Numbered from the stretch's first letter, positions 54,363-64,000 are shown. The stretch is DNA of 64,000 bases from Tenericutes bacterium ADurb.BinA124 (GCA_002068415.1 MVZM01000001.1:140597-204596); one strand, 5' to 3'. The notes: generated by a model not told the origin, from the sequence alone. Program-made: numbers and translations.

Positions 54363-55505
54363 ATGAAATATTTATTTACTTCAGAATCTGTTACTGAAGG
54401 CCATCCCGATAAGGTTTGTGACCAAATTGCTGATGCCATTTTAGATGCGATTTTAAAAGATGATGCTCATGCGAAAGTGGCTTGTGAAGCTGTTGCAACA
54501 ACGGGTTTAGTCCTTGTTATGGGGGAAATCACCACCACAACTTATGTCGATATTCAAAAGATTGTGCGGGAAACCGTGGCTGCCATCGGTTATGATCGTG
54601 GGAAGATTGGCTTTGATGCGGAAAATTTAGCTGTTTTAGTATGTGTTAACGAACAATCTCCCGATATTGCCAATGCTGTTCGGGATGGCGAAGGAGCGGG
54701 TGATCAAGGCTTAATGTTCGGTTTTGCCTGCAACGAAACAGAAGAACTAATGCCCTTACCGATTAGTTTAGCTCATAAATTAGCCAAACGCTTGGCCGAT
54801 GTGCGCAAGGCCGGTCTTGTTGATTTTCTAAGACCGGATGGAAAATCACAAGTGACGGTTGAATATGATGATAATCGTGCCGTTCGGGTTGACAGTGTGG
54901 TTATTTCCACCCAACATAATGAGCAAGTTAAACTAGAAACTTTGCAGTCCTTTATTTTAGAACAAGTCATTAAACCGGTCATTCCCGCATCTTTACTTGA
55001 TGAAAAGACCAAGTATTATATTAATCCGTCGGGGCGCTTTGTGATTGGGGGACCGAAAGGTGATTCCGGCTTAACCGGTCGCAAAATCATTGTTGATACT
55101 TATGGGGGTTATGCTCACCATGGTGGTGGAGCTTTTAGTGGCAAAGATGCCACCAAAGTTGATCGCAGTGCTTCCTATATGGCTCGATATATTGCGAAGA
55201 ACTTGGTTGCTGCCAAAGTGGCCACTAAATTGGAAGTCGGCTTAAGTTATGTTATCGGCATGAGTGAACCAACCTCTGTTTTAGTCAATACTTTTGGCAC
55301 CAGCTCATTTAGTGATGAAGAAATTGTTAGAGGCATCCGTCAGTTGTTTGCTTTAACACCGCAAGCCATTATCACAACCTTGGGTTTAAGAAGACCAATT
55401 TATCAACAGCTTGCTGCTTATGGTCATTTTGGGCGTTCTGATTTAGATTTGCCTTGGGAAAAACTGGACCGCGTTAATGATGTGAAAAAACATTTTAATT
55501 TATAA
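54363..55505 (+). CDS. metK: S-adenosylmethionine synthetase
   Basis: [17 protein letters not shown] and GGGAFSGKD signatures; ribosome-binding site AAGGAGAG. Confidence 0.95.
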   Translation: MKYLFTSESVTEGHPDKVCDQIADAILDAILKDDAHAKVACEAVATTGLVLVMGEITTTTYVDIQKIVRETVAAIGYDRGKIGFDAENLAVLVCVNEQSPDIANAVRDGEGAGDQGLMFGFACNETEELMPLPISLAHKLAKRLADVRKAGLVDFLRPDGKSQVTVEYDDNRAVRVDSVVISTQHNEQVKLETLQSFILEQVIKPVIPASLLDEKTKYYINPSGRFVIGGPKGDSGLTGRKIIVDTYGGYAHHGGGAFSGKDATKVDRSASYMARYIAKNLVAAKVATKLEVGLSYVIGMSEPTSVLVNTFGTSSFSDEEIVRGIRQLFALTPQAIITTLGLRRPIYQQLAAYGHFGRSDLDLPWEKLDRVNDVKKHFNL

Positions 55506-55510
55506 ATTTG

Positions 55511-55543
55511 AAAAAAACCGCTTCTTTAAAGGCGGTTTTTTGA
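55511..55543 (+). terminator. Rho-independent terminator after metK
   Basis: aaccgc-ttctttaaag-gcggtt stem followed by a T-run. Confidence 0.6.
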
Positions 55544-55629
55544 TTAAAAAACAAATATTTCGTAAAAAATGAGGGTTTAATCTAGAATTATAGTTGATGA
55601 TGTGCTATAATAAAATGTAAACGTTTTTC

Positions 55630-56520
55630 ATACTGACAAAAATAAAAGTGGAGGAAAGTAATTTAAGCCCGTCAGTATGCAAGGGTTTAAGTTATTAGAA
55701 ATGTATGCGTAAATTTTCAAAATTAGTCGTTCTATGCTTGACCTTGGTGATGGCTCTTTTCTTAGCATCTTGTAAAGAGACAATTGAACTAAGCTTTGAA
55801 AACGAAACGATGACGATGATTGTTGGTGATACGAAAACATTAGTTCCGGTGGCCAACAAAGAAGGTTTAACTTATGAATGGACGTCGGATAAAACCGCAG
55901 TTGTTACGGTTGATGCCGGGCTTGTTACCGCTGTTAGTGCGGGGACGGCTAAAGTAACTGTCAAGGTTAAAGACAAAGATGTCAGTGCGACCATTACCAT
56001 TACGGTTAATCCTGTCGTCATTAGTTTTACGGAAAAAACGATGACCATTGCCATCGATCAAAGCGTGACTTTAACGCCAACGGTTGTGCCAGCCCAAACG
56101 ATGACTTATACCTGGACAACTAGCGATGCAAGTGTGGCGACGGTTACTAACGGTGTTGTTAAGGGAATAAAAGTCGGAACAGCGACGGTTACAGCATCGG
56201 GGAAGGGTGGAAGTGCTTCCATTACAATTAATGTTGTTTTACCTAATCCGACCCAAGTAACGATTACTGGGGCATCGGCAAGTGCTAAAGTTGGCGCTAC
56301 TATGCAACTTGGAGCAACAATCTTACCAGCGAAAGCTTCCCAAGCTGTTACTTGGAAATCAAGTGATACCAAGCTGGCAACGGTTTCCGCAAGCGGTTTA
56401 GTGACTTTCGTCGGTGTTGGTAAAGTGACCATTACGGCAACATCGGTCGCTTTGGATAGCCAAAAGGCAAGTGTGACCATTGATGTTGGGGCTCCTGATC
56501 CGACTAAAGTAGCGATTACC
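55630..56520 (+). repeat. 891-bp segment identical to 61687-62577 (copy 1: leader plus 5' end of lipoprotein gene 1)
   Basis: Identity checked at both ends and through identical embedded ORF translations. Divergence starts abruptly at 56521/62578. Confidence 0.85.
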
Positions 56521-59500
56521 GGGGCTTCTACAACCGCTAAAGTTGGCGATAAAATGCAACTTAGCGCTACGGTATTACCGGCTACAGCTTTACAAACTGT
56601 TGCTTGGAAATCAAGTGATACCACATTGGCAACTGTTACACCAGCCGGTTTAGTGACTTTCCTTGGCATGGGAAGTGTTACCATTACCGCGACATCTACC
56701 GTTTTGAATACTCTTAAAGCAACAGTGACCATTGAGGTTGGCGCTCCCGATCCAGCAAGCATTGCTGTTACCGGCACTGATGGCAAGGATCGAGTTATTA
56801 TTGGTGAAACCTTGCAAATGCTTGCGGTTGTTTCTCCGGAACTAGCTAATCAAGGTGTAAGATGGTCAACCTCGGATGAAACCATTGCGACGATTGATGA
56901 AAATGGTTTATTAAATGCTTTGAAAGTCGGAGAAATTACTGTTATTGCGACTTCAACAGTTTTAGAAACAGTGTCTGGTCAAGTGACCATTAATGTGGTT
57001 CTTCCTGAACCGGTCGGTATTGAGGTAAAGGGTGATGAATCTGTTCTTCAAGTTGCGGAAACGGTTCAGTTAACTACGGTTATTCAACCATTACATGCTT
57101 CACAAGAAGTCATTTATTCTTCGAGTGATGAAGCAATCGCCACGGTTTCCGAAAGTGGTTTAGTTACCGGTGTTAGTGCTGGTACGGCGGCGATTATTGT
57201 TAAGAGTAAGGCTTTAGAAACCGTATTAATGACTTACACAGTTAAAATTGTTGCCAAGATTGAAAATCCTGATTATTCTCATATTTTAGTTGATGCTAAT
57301 TTGGAAGCTGAACGTTATTCAACGCTTACTTTTGATGGTGTTGATTACATTGTTGGTATCAATGCTTTCAAATCATTAGCACAAGGCTTTGGAAAAATCG
57401 TTGAAGGTTCAACGGTTATGATTCTTGCTGGAACTTATGAAGAAGCCGCTGCTGTTAACTTTAACAATGTCACGATTCTTGGTCCTAATGCCCTTATTAA
57501 TCCGGTAACTGATTTAGAATCGCGTTTGCCGGAAGCAATTCTTACTAAGAAATTGACATTAGGTGCTGTTCAAAATATCGTTATCAAAGGGATTGAATTG
57601 ACCGCTCAAGGGCAAATTTACTCTGCGAAAAACTTGAAAAACATCACAGTTGAAAATGTCTATACGGTTTATTCTTCCGTTGAGGCCGCTCAAGGGGTCA
57701 TTTATTTCGGTATTTCCGATGATAGCTTGAAAAATGAAGACTTATTATTTAAGAACAATTCCTTGAATGATACGAGAAAACAAGGTTATCGGGGAATTCG
57801 TGTTAATAATGCCTATAATATCACGATTGAAGGCAACTATTTTTATGGTTTCTTTGATACTATTCGTTTAGAAGGAACGGGTAATAGCGGCTGGACGCAA
57901 CCCGGAACTGGTTGTGGGGCTGCGGGAGTTGTTTTAATCCAAAACAATACTTTCCGGATGAATATCCAATATCCAATTCTTCTTGGCCGTTACAGTGCAA
58001 CAAAAGTTGACATTTTAAATAATGATATCGGTGTTGACCCGGATCATAGCGGTGTTTATGGCTTAACGAACATTATTAACTTTGCTCCGGAAGCCGGTGC
58101 TCCAAAAACCGTTGTTAACATTAAATACAATAATTTCTTACACAACACTGCTTGGCATGATGTTCGTTTCAAAACGGGAACGGCTACGGCTGACCAACTA
58201 GAAATCAATGTTAACTTCAACAAATTTAATGAAGGAGTTTGCATTGATCCGACTGATGGACCATGTAATTATATTGACAATGGTGGGACAAGTGCTTCCA
58301 AAAACAACATCATTAACGGTCAATTTAACTATTTCGCCGTTAAACCGATTGAAGATGAATTCCGTGGTTTGAATGACAAGGGCTTTGCTCCTTATTATCT
58401 TACTTTGGAAGAATACAACGATGCTTTAACAGCATACTTCGTTGATCCAAGCTTGGTTGGTAAAGCTGGCGGTGATGCTGTAGTTGTCCAAGGTCTTAAC
58501 TTAGTCTTTGGCGAACGTGCTTTCGCAACCCTAGCTTCCGCTTTAGAAGCGGTACCGGCAAAAGCGACGATTATCGTTTTACCGGGTACTTATTCGGAAA
58601 AGATTACGATTGACAAAGGTGTGACCTTAAAGACTTTGAATGCCAATGTTAATCCAACAGAAGATGCGACCGCTTTCTTGGCTGCTTCGCCAACGGCTAC
58701 TATTTCCAATGAAGTATGGTATATCAAAGATGATGCCAATACAAGTGTTAATGACCTCACGATTAAGGGCTTTACTTTTACGGGTGGTGCGCGAATCAGT
58801 GAATATGGCGCTTCCGGCAATCAATATCGTTTCTTGTATGAAAACAATTATGCTTTTGACACAACGGCTCCGACCCTTGCTTGGAAACAGGACGCTTATT
58901 CTTCATATGGTGTGGGAACCGAAGCTGATACCGCTAAAGTTCCTGGTTTCATTAGCTTAGCTCCTAATGGTTTGTGGATGTATAATGTCGTTTTCCGCAA
59001 CAATAAATTCGTTAATGTAAAAGACACGAATATTTACTTAATGTGCTTACAAGGCGTAACGATTGAAGGTAATGAATTCTCGGGTGGTGACCGTGATGCG
59101 ATTCGTTTAGAATACGGCTCACAAGGTGGAATCTTCAACATTAAGAATAATACCTTTGAAAATATGAACTACAATGGTATTTATATTAGATCTTATAGTG
59201 GTAGCATTTATGCTCCGGATTTTGTTGCTAATATTTATTATAATACTTTCAAGAATGTCGGCTTGGCCGGGGCAACGGAAACACCAACACATACGAGAAT
59301 TGGCGCGATAGCAACAAGAGGCTATGGCGAAAAAATGAACGCTACTTTCAACATTCGCTATAATGCTTTTGAGAACTGCACCAATTATATTAGTTTACGT
59401 GCCAATGTCTCTAATGTTGAGAAATGGAATGCGGGAACGAAAAAGTGGATGGCTACGATTGAGTACAACTCCTTCATCGATGCTGATGGCGTTACCAAAT

Positions 59501-61578
59501 ATTTCCAAAACTTACTTAATGCTGGCGATACTGCTGCAACTAATGTCGATGATGTTTATATTAATTATAACTTCTACGGCACCGATGCGAATACGAAAGC
59601 CATAACCACGCTTGAACAATTTGATCATCATAAAGTGGCGGCCAGCAACTTAGTTGTTTACAATACCCTGGCAGAATTAGAAGCCGGAAGAGCTACTTCC
59701 CTCATTCCTGCTTCCGTTGTTGTCACGGGAAAAGCTGAGCTGAAAGGTGGCGAAGTGGCCAACTTTAGTGCGACAGTTCTTCCGAATACCGCTCCGCAAG
59801 ATGTTGTATGGAGTACATCTAATGCTAGTATTGCGATTGTTGATGAAAATGGCAAAGTAACGGGATTGAAACCGGGAACTGCAAAAATTAAAGCAACAGC
59901 TAAAGATTTAGATACTGTTTTTGGGGAATTTGATGTTACGGTTGAAGGTGTGCTGACTGCTAGTTTCTTAGTTGATGCTGAAACAGCAACGATGGAAGAA
60001 CTTGCGAAAGTAACTTATGGCGGCAAAGATTATTATGTCGGCGTGAACGCTTTTGATACTTTAGCAAAAGCGATGGCCGTTGCTGATACTGGTACAACTA
60101 TCTATGTCAATAAAGGGACTTACTTAGACACTGATGCGATTACCATTAATAAAGACAATCTTTCACTTTTAGGACCGAATGCTAATATTGATGGTGTTAT
60201 CGGTGCTCGCGGTGATGAAGCAATTATCAACAGCAAGATTACCCTTGCTAGCGGCGTTAAAAATGTCGTTATCAATGGTTTCTATTTCAATCACAAGCCG
60301 GGTACTTGCGTTGTTACCGGTGAAGCTGCGGGCTTAATTGATGGCTTTAAGTTCATTAATAATATTGTTGATGGCTATGGCGGTGATGGTAGCAGTGGCT
60401 TCATTGTCTTCAAACAAGCAAGTGCTGAAGCTAAAATAATGAACTTCACCATTAGCCATAACAAATTCTTCAGTTTCGGCTCAGATCGGATAGTCCGGAT
60501 GGCTTATGTAGAAAACCTAATCTTCACCAACAACTTACTCCTTGATGCTTCGACGGATGGGCTTCGTTTACACGATAATGCCGGCGGCATTATGGGCACA
60601 TTGCAGATTGTTGGTAACACCTTTAACAATGTTGGTCAATTCGCTGTCTTTATTGGTACATCAGCTTGTACGAGCATCGTTATTACCGATAACAATTTTG
60701 TCAGCAACGGTCATGTATATGATGGTGCTGCACTTTCCCTTCGCAAAACCGGCGTTGATGCCGCTGGAACAACAATTTTAATCGCTAATAACTTCTTTGA
60801 TCGCAGTTCCGATTATGATATTCGGATTGATCATAGTGCTGTTGAAGCTGATAATCTAGTAATTACCGTTTCCGGAAATGTCTTCAAGACCGCTCCTAAG
60901 CGCTTCTATTATTATAACAATATTTCCGATCCAGTTCCGGCAGTTAAGACAAACTTTACGGGCAATATCATTTATGCGGCTGACGGTGTTACCGTAGCTG
61001 ATCCGGCGACGGTCGCTGATAAGATTAAAAATGCGACGGTTGCTGATGCTAACCCAGCTTTAGACTTATTCTTTAGTGAATATGGCGAAGGCTCAAGCAA
61101 TAACAAGTGGTTGGAAATCTATAACCCAACTAATGCCGCTATTGATTTAAGTGGCTACAAAGTAGAACTATATACCAATGGTAATACTAATGTTCAAAAC
61201 AGCTTAACCTTCCAAGCCGGAACCATGCTGGCAGCCGGCGATGTCCTCTTAATTGTCAATGATAAAATCGAGGCTTCCCAAAAATTACCGGGAGCTATCG
61301 AAAGCAATGTTACTTACTTCAATGGTAACGATGCCCTTGTCTTGAAAAAAGGCGATGTCGTAATTGATATTATCGGTTTAGTGGGCAATGATCCAGGAAC
61401 TAACTGGGCGGTTGGTGTCGGTGCAACTTCGGAATACACCCTAGTTCGTAAATCTTCTTATGCTGGACTTCCGTTAACCGTCTTTGCTCCGGAACAATGG
61501 GATGTTTACCCGCAAAATTATTTCGGGAATATGGATAGCCATGCCTATTTACCGGCTTATGTAGCTCCGGCTTCATAA
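55705..61578 (+). CDS. Giant surface lipoprotein (1957 aa): lipobox, about 8 Big_2 Ig-like domains, beta-helix I, Big_2, beta-helix II, C-terminal lamin-tail domain
   Basis: - Signal peptide …LFLASC.
- Repeated about 85-aa …TVKVGDTxxL…VxWxSSD…ATVxxxGxVTAVxxGTAxITA units.
- PbH1-type repeats (NNTFRMN, YNNFLHN, YNTFKN, RYNAFEN).
- C-terminal …LFFSEYGEGSSNNKWLEIYNPT…GYKVELY… lamin-tail fold (about 61051-61575). Confidence 0.7.
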   Translation: MRKFSKLVVLCLTLVMALFLASCKETIELSFENETMTMIVGDTKTLVPVANKEGLTYEWTSDKTAVVTVDAGLVTAVSAGTAKVTVKVKDKDVSATITITVNPVVISFTEKTMTIAIDQSVTLTPTVVPAQTMTYTWTTSDASVATVTNGVVKGIKVGTATVTASGKGGSASITINVVLPNPTQVTITGASASAKVGATMQLGATILPAKASQAVTWKSSDTKLATVSASGLVTFVGVGKVTITATSVALDSQKASVTIDVGAPDPTKVAITGASTTAKVGDKMQLSATVLPATALQTVAWKSSDTTLATVTPAGLVTFLGMGSVTITATSTVLNTLKATVTIEVGAPDPASIAVTGTDGKDRVIIGETLQMLAVVSPELANQGVRWSTSDETIATIDENGLLNALKVGEITVIATSTVLETVSGQVTINVVLPEPVGIEVKGDESVLQVAETVQLTTVIQPLHASQEVIYSSSDEAIATVSESGLVTGVSAGTAAIIVKSKALETVLMTYTVKIVAKIENPDYSHILVDANLEAERYSTLTFDGVDYIVGINAFKSLAQGFGKIVEGSTVMILAGTYEEAAAVNFNNVTILGPNALINPVTDLESRLPEAILTKKLTLGAVQNIVIKGIELTAQGQIYSAKNLKNITVENVYTVYSSVEAAQGVIYFGISDDSLKNEDLLFKNNSLNDTRKQGYRGIRVNNAYNITIEGNYFYGFFDTIRLEGTGNSGWTQPGTGCGAAGVVLIQNNTFRMNIQYPILLGRYSATKVDILNNDIGVDPDHSGVYGLTNIINFAPEAGAPKTVVNIKYNNFLHNTAWHDVRFKTGTATADQLEINVNFNKFNEGVCIDPTDGPCNYIDNGGTSASKNNIINGQFNYFAVKPIEDEFRGLNDKGFAPYYLTLEEYNDALTAYFVDPSLVGKAGGDAVVVQGLNLVFGERAFATLASALEAVPAKATIIVLPGTYSEKITIDKGVTLKTLNANVNPTEDATAFLAASPTATISNEVWYIKDDANTSVNDLTIKGFTFTGGARISEYGASGNQYRFLYENNYAFDTTAPTLAWKQDAYSSYGVGTEADTAKVPGFISLAPNGLWMYNVVFRNNKFVNVKDTNIYLMCLQGVTIEGNEFSGGDRDAIRLEYGSQGGIFNIKNNTFENMNYNGIYIRSYSGSIYAPDFVANIYYNTFKNVGLAGATETPTHTRIGAIATRGYGEKMNATFNIRYNAFENCTNYISLRANVSNVEKWNAGTKKWMATIEYNSFIDADGVTKYFQNLLNAGDTAATNVDDVYINYNFYGTDANTKAITTLEQFDHHKVAASNLVVYNTLAELEAGRATSLIPASVVVTGKAELKGGEVANFSATVLPNTAPQDVVWSTSNASIAIVDENGKVTGLKPGTAKIKATAKDLDTVFGEFDVTVEGVLTASFLVDAETATMEELAKVTYGGKDYYVGVNAFDTLAKAMAVADTGTTIYVNKGTYLDTDAITINKDNLSLLGPNANIDGVIGARGDEAIINSKITLASGVKNVVINGFYFNHKPGTCVVTGEAAGLIDGFKFINNIVDGYGGDGSSGFIVFKQASAEAKIMNFTISHNKFFSFGSDRIVRMAYVENLIFTNNLLLDASTDGLRLHDNAGGIMGTLQIVGNTFNNVGQFAVFIGTSACTSIVITDNNFVSNGHVYDGAALSLRKTGVDAAGTTILIANNFFDRSSDYDIRIDHSAVEADNLVITVSGNVFKTAPKRFYYYNNISDPVPAVKTNFTGNIIYAADGVTVADPATVADKIKNATVADANPALDLFFSEYGEGSSNNKWLEIYNPTNAAIDLSGYKVELYTNGNTNVQNSLTFQAGTMLAAGDVLLIVNDKIEASQKLPGAIESNVTYFNGNDALVLKKGDVVIDIIGLVGNDPGTNWAVGVGATSEYTLVRKSSYAGLPLTVFAPEQWDVYPQNYFGNMDSHAYLPAYVAPAS
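56253..56768 (+). repeat. Internal tandem duplication of a 258-nt Big_2-domain unit (2 copies, about 80% nt identity)
   Basis: Units 56253-56510 and 56511-56768 encode near-identical 86-aa Ig-like domains. Confidence 0.5.
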
Positions 61579-61592
61579 TCATGCTCAAGACT

Positions 61593-61627
61593 AGTCCTAA
61601 AAGGTAAGCCTTTTGGGACTTTTTTTA
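61593..61627 (+). terminator. Rho-independent terminator after lipoprotein gene 1
   Basis: agtcctaaaagg-taag-ccttttgggact followed by T7. Confidence 0.6.
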
Positions 61628-61686
61628 TTGAAAGAAAATAAGTAGTTATCTAAGATTTAATATGTTATAATTGATACGGAAAAATA

Positions 61687-62577
61687 ATACTGACAAAAAT
61701 AAAAGTGGAGGAAAGTAATTTAAGCCCGTCAGTATGCAAGGGTTTAAGTTATTAGAAATGTATGCGTAAATTTTCAAAATTAGTCGTTCTATGCTTGACC
61801 TTGGTGATGGCTCTTTTCTTAGCATCTTGTAAAGAGACAATTGAACTAAGCTTTGAAAACGAAACGATGACGATGATTGTTGGTGATACGAAAACATTAG
61901 TTCCGGTGGCCAACAAAGAAGGTTTAACTTATGAATGGACGTCGGATAAAACCGCAGTTGTTACGGTTGATGCCGGGCTTGTTACCGCTGTTAGTGCGGG
62001 GACGGCTAAAGTAACTGTCAAGGTTAAAGACAAAGATGTCAGTGCGACCATTACCATTACGGTTAATCCTGTCGTCATTAGTTTTACGGAAAAAACGATG
62101 ACCATTGCCATCGATCAAAGCGTGACTTTAACGCCAACGGTTGTGCCAGCCCAAACGATGACTTATACCTGGACAACTAGCGATGCAAGTGTGGCGACGG
62201 TTACTAACGGTGTTGTTAAGGGAATAAAAGTCGGAACAGCGACGGTTACAGCATCGGGGAAGGGTGGAAGTGCTTCCATTACAATTAATGTTGTTTTACC
62301 TAATCCGACCCAAGTAACGATTACTGGGGCATCGGCAAGTGCTAAAGTTGGCGCTACTATGCAACTTGGAGCAACAATCTTACCAGCGAAAGCTTCCCAA
62401 GCTGTTACTTGGAAATCAAGTGATACCAAGCTGGCAACGGTTTCCGCAAGCGGTTTAGTGACTTTCGTCGGTGTTGGTAAAGTGACCATTACGGCAACAT
62501 CGGTCGCTTTGGATAGCCAAAAGGCAAGTGTGACCATTGATGTTGGGGCTCCTGATCCGACTAAAGTAGCGATTACT
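61687..62577 (+). repeat. 891-bp segment identical to 55630-56520 (copy 2)
   Basis: Same as copy 1; its own extended -10 (tgttataat, 61663-61671) lies just upstream. Confidence 0.85.
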
Positions 62578-64000
62578 GGGGCAAATTCCTTTGCTAAGGT
62601 TGGTGAAACGATGGATTTGAAAGCGACGGTTTTACCAAGCAAAGCATCTCAGGAAGTAACTTGGTCCGTCAGCGATGAAGCTTTAGCGACGGTTTCAAAG
62701 ACTGGCTTAGTAACTTTTTTAGGCATCGGTAAAGTAAGCATTACCGCAACTTCGGTCGCTTTGGCTAGCCAAAAAGCGACAGTATCCGTCAATATCATTG
62801 AACCGGATCCGGTGAGTATTACCGTCAGTGGAGCGGATGGAAAAACCGAACTGCAATTGGCCAAGACCTTACAAATGACTGCCGTCGTTAAGCCCGATTT
62901 AGCCGATCAAAGTGTCACTTGGTCAACTTCGGATATGTCGATTGCTTTCATTGATGAGACGGGATTGTTGACAGCTGTCAAAGTGGGAACCGTCGATGTG
63001 ATTGCGACTTCACAGGCTTTAGGAAGCCTTAGTGGCACTATTACCATTAATGTTATTTTGCCACTCCCGGAAGAAATCAATGCTACAATTCCGGAAACGG
63101 TTTTACAAATTGAAGAAACGATGCAATTATCAGCGACGATTACTCCGGCTTTAGCCAATCAACAAGTCACTTACCAAACGAGCAATGAAGCAGTGGCAAC
63201 GGTTTCCACAAGCGGTTTAGTGACTGGTGTTGCGGCCGGAACGGCGACTATCACCATTACCAGTCAAGAATTATCTTCGCTTGTGAAAACATTTGAAGTG
63301 AAAATCATCAATAAATTGCCGGCGCCAAGCTCTAGTGATGTTGTTGTTGATAGTGCTTTAAAAACGGTTGAGCGTTATTCCCAGGTTGTCTATGAAAATG
63401 TCGATTATATTGTCGGCATCAATGCTTTTGCGGATTTTGGGAAAATAGTTACCCAAGAAAAAATGGCTATTTTTGTACAAGCCGGAACCTATACGGAAGA
63501 TTTAATGATTACAAGCAGTAAAGTGACCATTTTAGGACCGAATTCCGATAAGGATCCTAATAAGGATGCAAGAGTTGCCGCTGCGATAATTAGCGGAAAA
63601 ATCACCATCGAGGCTTCACTGGAATACATCATGATTAACGGCTTTGATTTTACCGGTAACGGCGCTGTTTATGGCAATGGGCCGGCTAAAAATATTTCGT
63701 TTATTTACAATAAAGTCTATGATACGGCGGAAAACACTGTTGCTTGGTCAGGCTTGAGAAACTATAATTTAGTTGGTTTCTTCACCTTCTGGAAACAAGG
63801 AAAGGTAATGGAAGACTTTGTTATCACTAACAATGCCTTTTCCAATGTCCCGCAAATCAATATCATGATGGGTAATTTACTTAATTTAACGATTAAAGAT
63901 AATACGTTTAAAGATTTTGCTCAAGACGCCATCCGTCTTGATGGGGGATATAATAGCGGATTACTGTTAGTTGACAATAATTTGTTTGCTAACACGACTT
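61762..64000 (+). CDS. Second giant surface lipoprotein paralogue (3' end beyond window): Big_2 array followed by a beta-helix domain
   Basis: Identical first 272 codons to gene 1, then divergent Big_2 units and PbH1-like repeats. No stop before the window end, which is why it is missing from the ORF track. Confidence 0.7.
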   Translation, partial: MRKFSKLVVLCLTLVMALFLASCKETIELSFENETMTMIVGDTKTLVPVANKEGLTYEWTSDKTAVVTVDAGLVTAVSAGTAKVTVKVKDKDVSATITITVNPVVISFTEKTMTIAIDQSVTLTPTVVPAQTMTYTWTTSDASVATVTNGVVKGIKVGTATVTASGKGGSASITINVVLPNPTQVTITGASASAKVGATMQLGATILPAKASQAVTWKSSDTKLATVSASGLVTFVGVGKVTITATSVALDSQKASVTIDVGAPDPTKVAITGANSFAKVGETMDLKATVLPSKASQEVTWSVSDEALATVSKTGLVTFLGIGKVSITATSVALASQKATVSVNIIEPDPVSITVSGADGKTELQLAKTLQMTAVVKPDLADQSVTWSTSDMSIAFIDETGLLTAVKVGTVDVIATSQALGSLSGTITINVILPLPEEINATIPETVLQIEETMQLSATITPALANQQVTYQTSNEAVATVSTSGLVTGVAAGTATITITSQELSSLVKTFEVKIINKLPAPSSSDVVVDSALKTVERYSQVVYENVDYIVGINAFADFGKIVTQEKMAIFVQAGTYTEDLMITSSKVTILGPNSDKDPNKDARVAAAIISGKITIEASLEYIMINGFDFTGNGAVYGNGPAKNISFIYNKVYDTAENTVAWSGLRNYNLVGFFTFWKQGKVMEDFVITNNAFSNVPQINIMMGNLLNLTIKDNTFKDFAQDAIRLDGGYNSGLLLVDNNLFANTT

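Noticed and set aside
56106-56786. 226-aa minus-strand ORF (and its identical twin 62163-62642; also 55867-56061 / 61924-62118)
   Set aside because: Antisense to the Big_2 repeat region of the lipoprotein genes. The Thr/Val/Ala-rich translation is an artefact of repeat codon composition.
55630-62577. Considered a diversity-generating retroelement (template/variable repeat pair) because of repeats next to Ig-like/Big_2 domains
   Set aside because: The repeat is 891 bp and 100% identical, with no adenine-specific mismatches, and no reverse transcriptase gene is present. Gene conversion or duplication is the better explanation.

Overview
The window is a 64-kb chromosomal segment from a low-GC Gram-positive bacterium (Bacillota; possibly an Erysipelotrichia- or Mollicutes-like lineage). 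It uses the standard genetic code: TGA is used as a stop at clear gene ends such as ffh and ruvB. Most of the window is a densely packed, mostly plus-strand core-gene backbone in classical Firmicutes order (listed in the features). I saw no rRNA, tRNA or CRISPR array.

Three regions stand out.

- **Decaying accessory island (about 44.56-47.52 kb).** It is about 3 kb, visibly AT-rich, and inserted at the 3' end of an alkaline-phosphatase-superfamily gene. It is flanked by 48-bp direct repeats. It carries an AbiEi/AbiEii type IV toxin-antitoxin / abortive-infection pair. The toxin gene is broken by a 1-nt frameshift in an A4 run. The island also holds a shattered DUF4143 AAA+ ATPase gene and a putative AbiEi operator.
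- **Inactive ABC exporter homologue (48.2-49.95 kb).** A full-length ABC exporter-like protein in which every catalytic ATPase motif is degenerate.
- **Tandem giant surface lipoproteins (55.7-64.0 kb).** These are the likeliest 'new system' in the window: lipobox, an array of Big_2 Ig-like domains, two right-handed beta-helix modules, and a C-terminal lamin-tail domain. The first 891 bp (leader, signal peptide, first Ig-like domains) are 100% identical between the two paralogues, which points to a recombining, shared N-terminal cassette.

Other oddities:
- a 608-aa coiled-coil protein where the rpsP-rimM-trmD-rplS genes are expected after ffh;
- ruvA inverted relative to ruvB;
- plsX abutting rnc with no fabD/fabG/acpP, alongside a FakA-like gene;
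- a palindromic operator at the fakA promoter.
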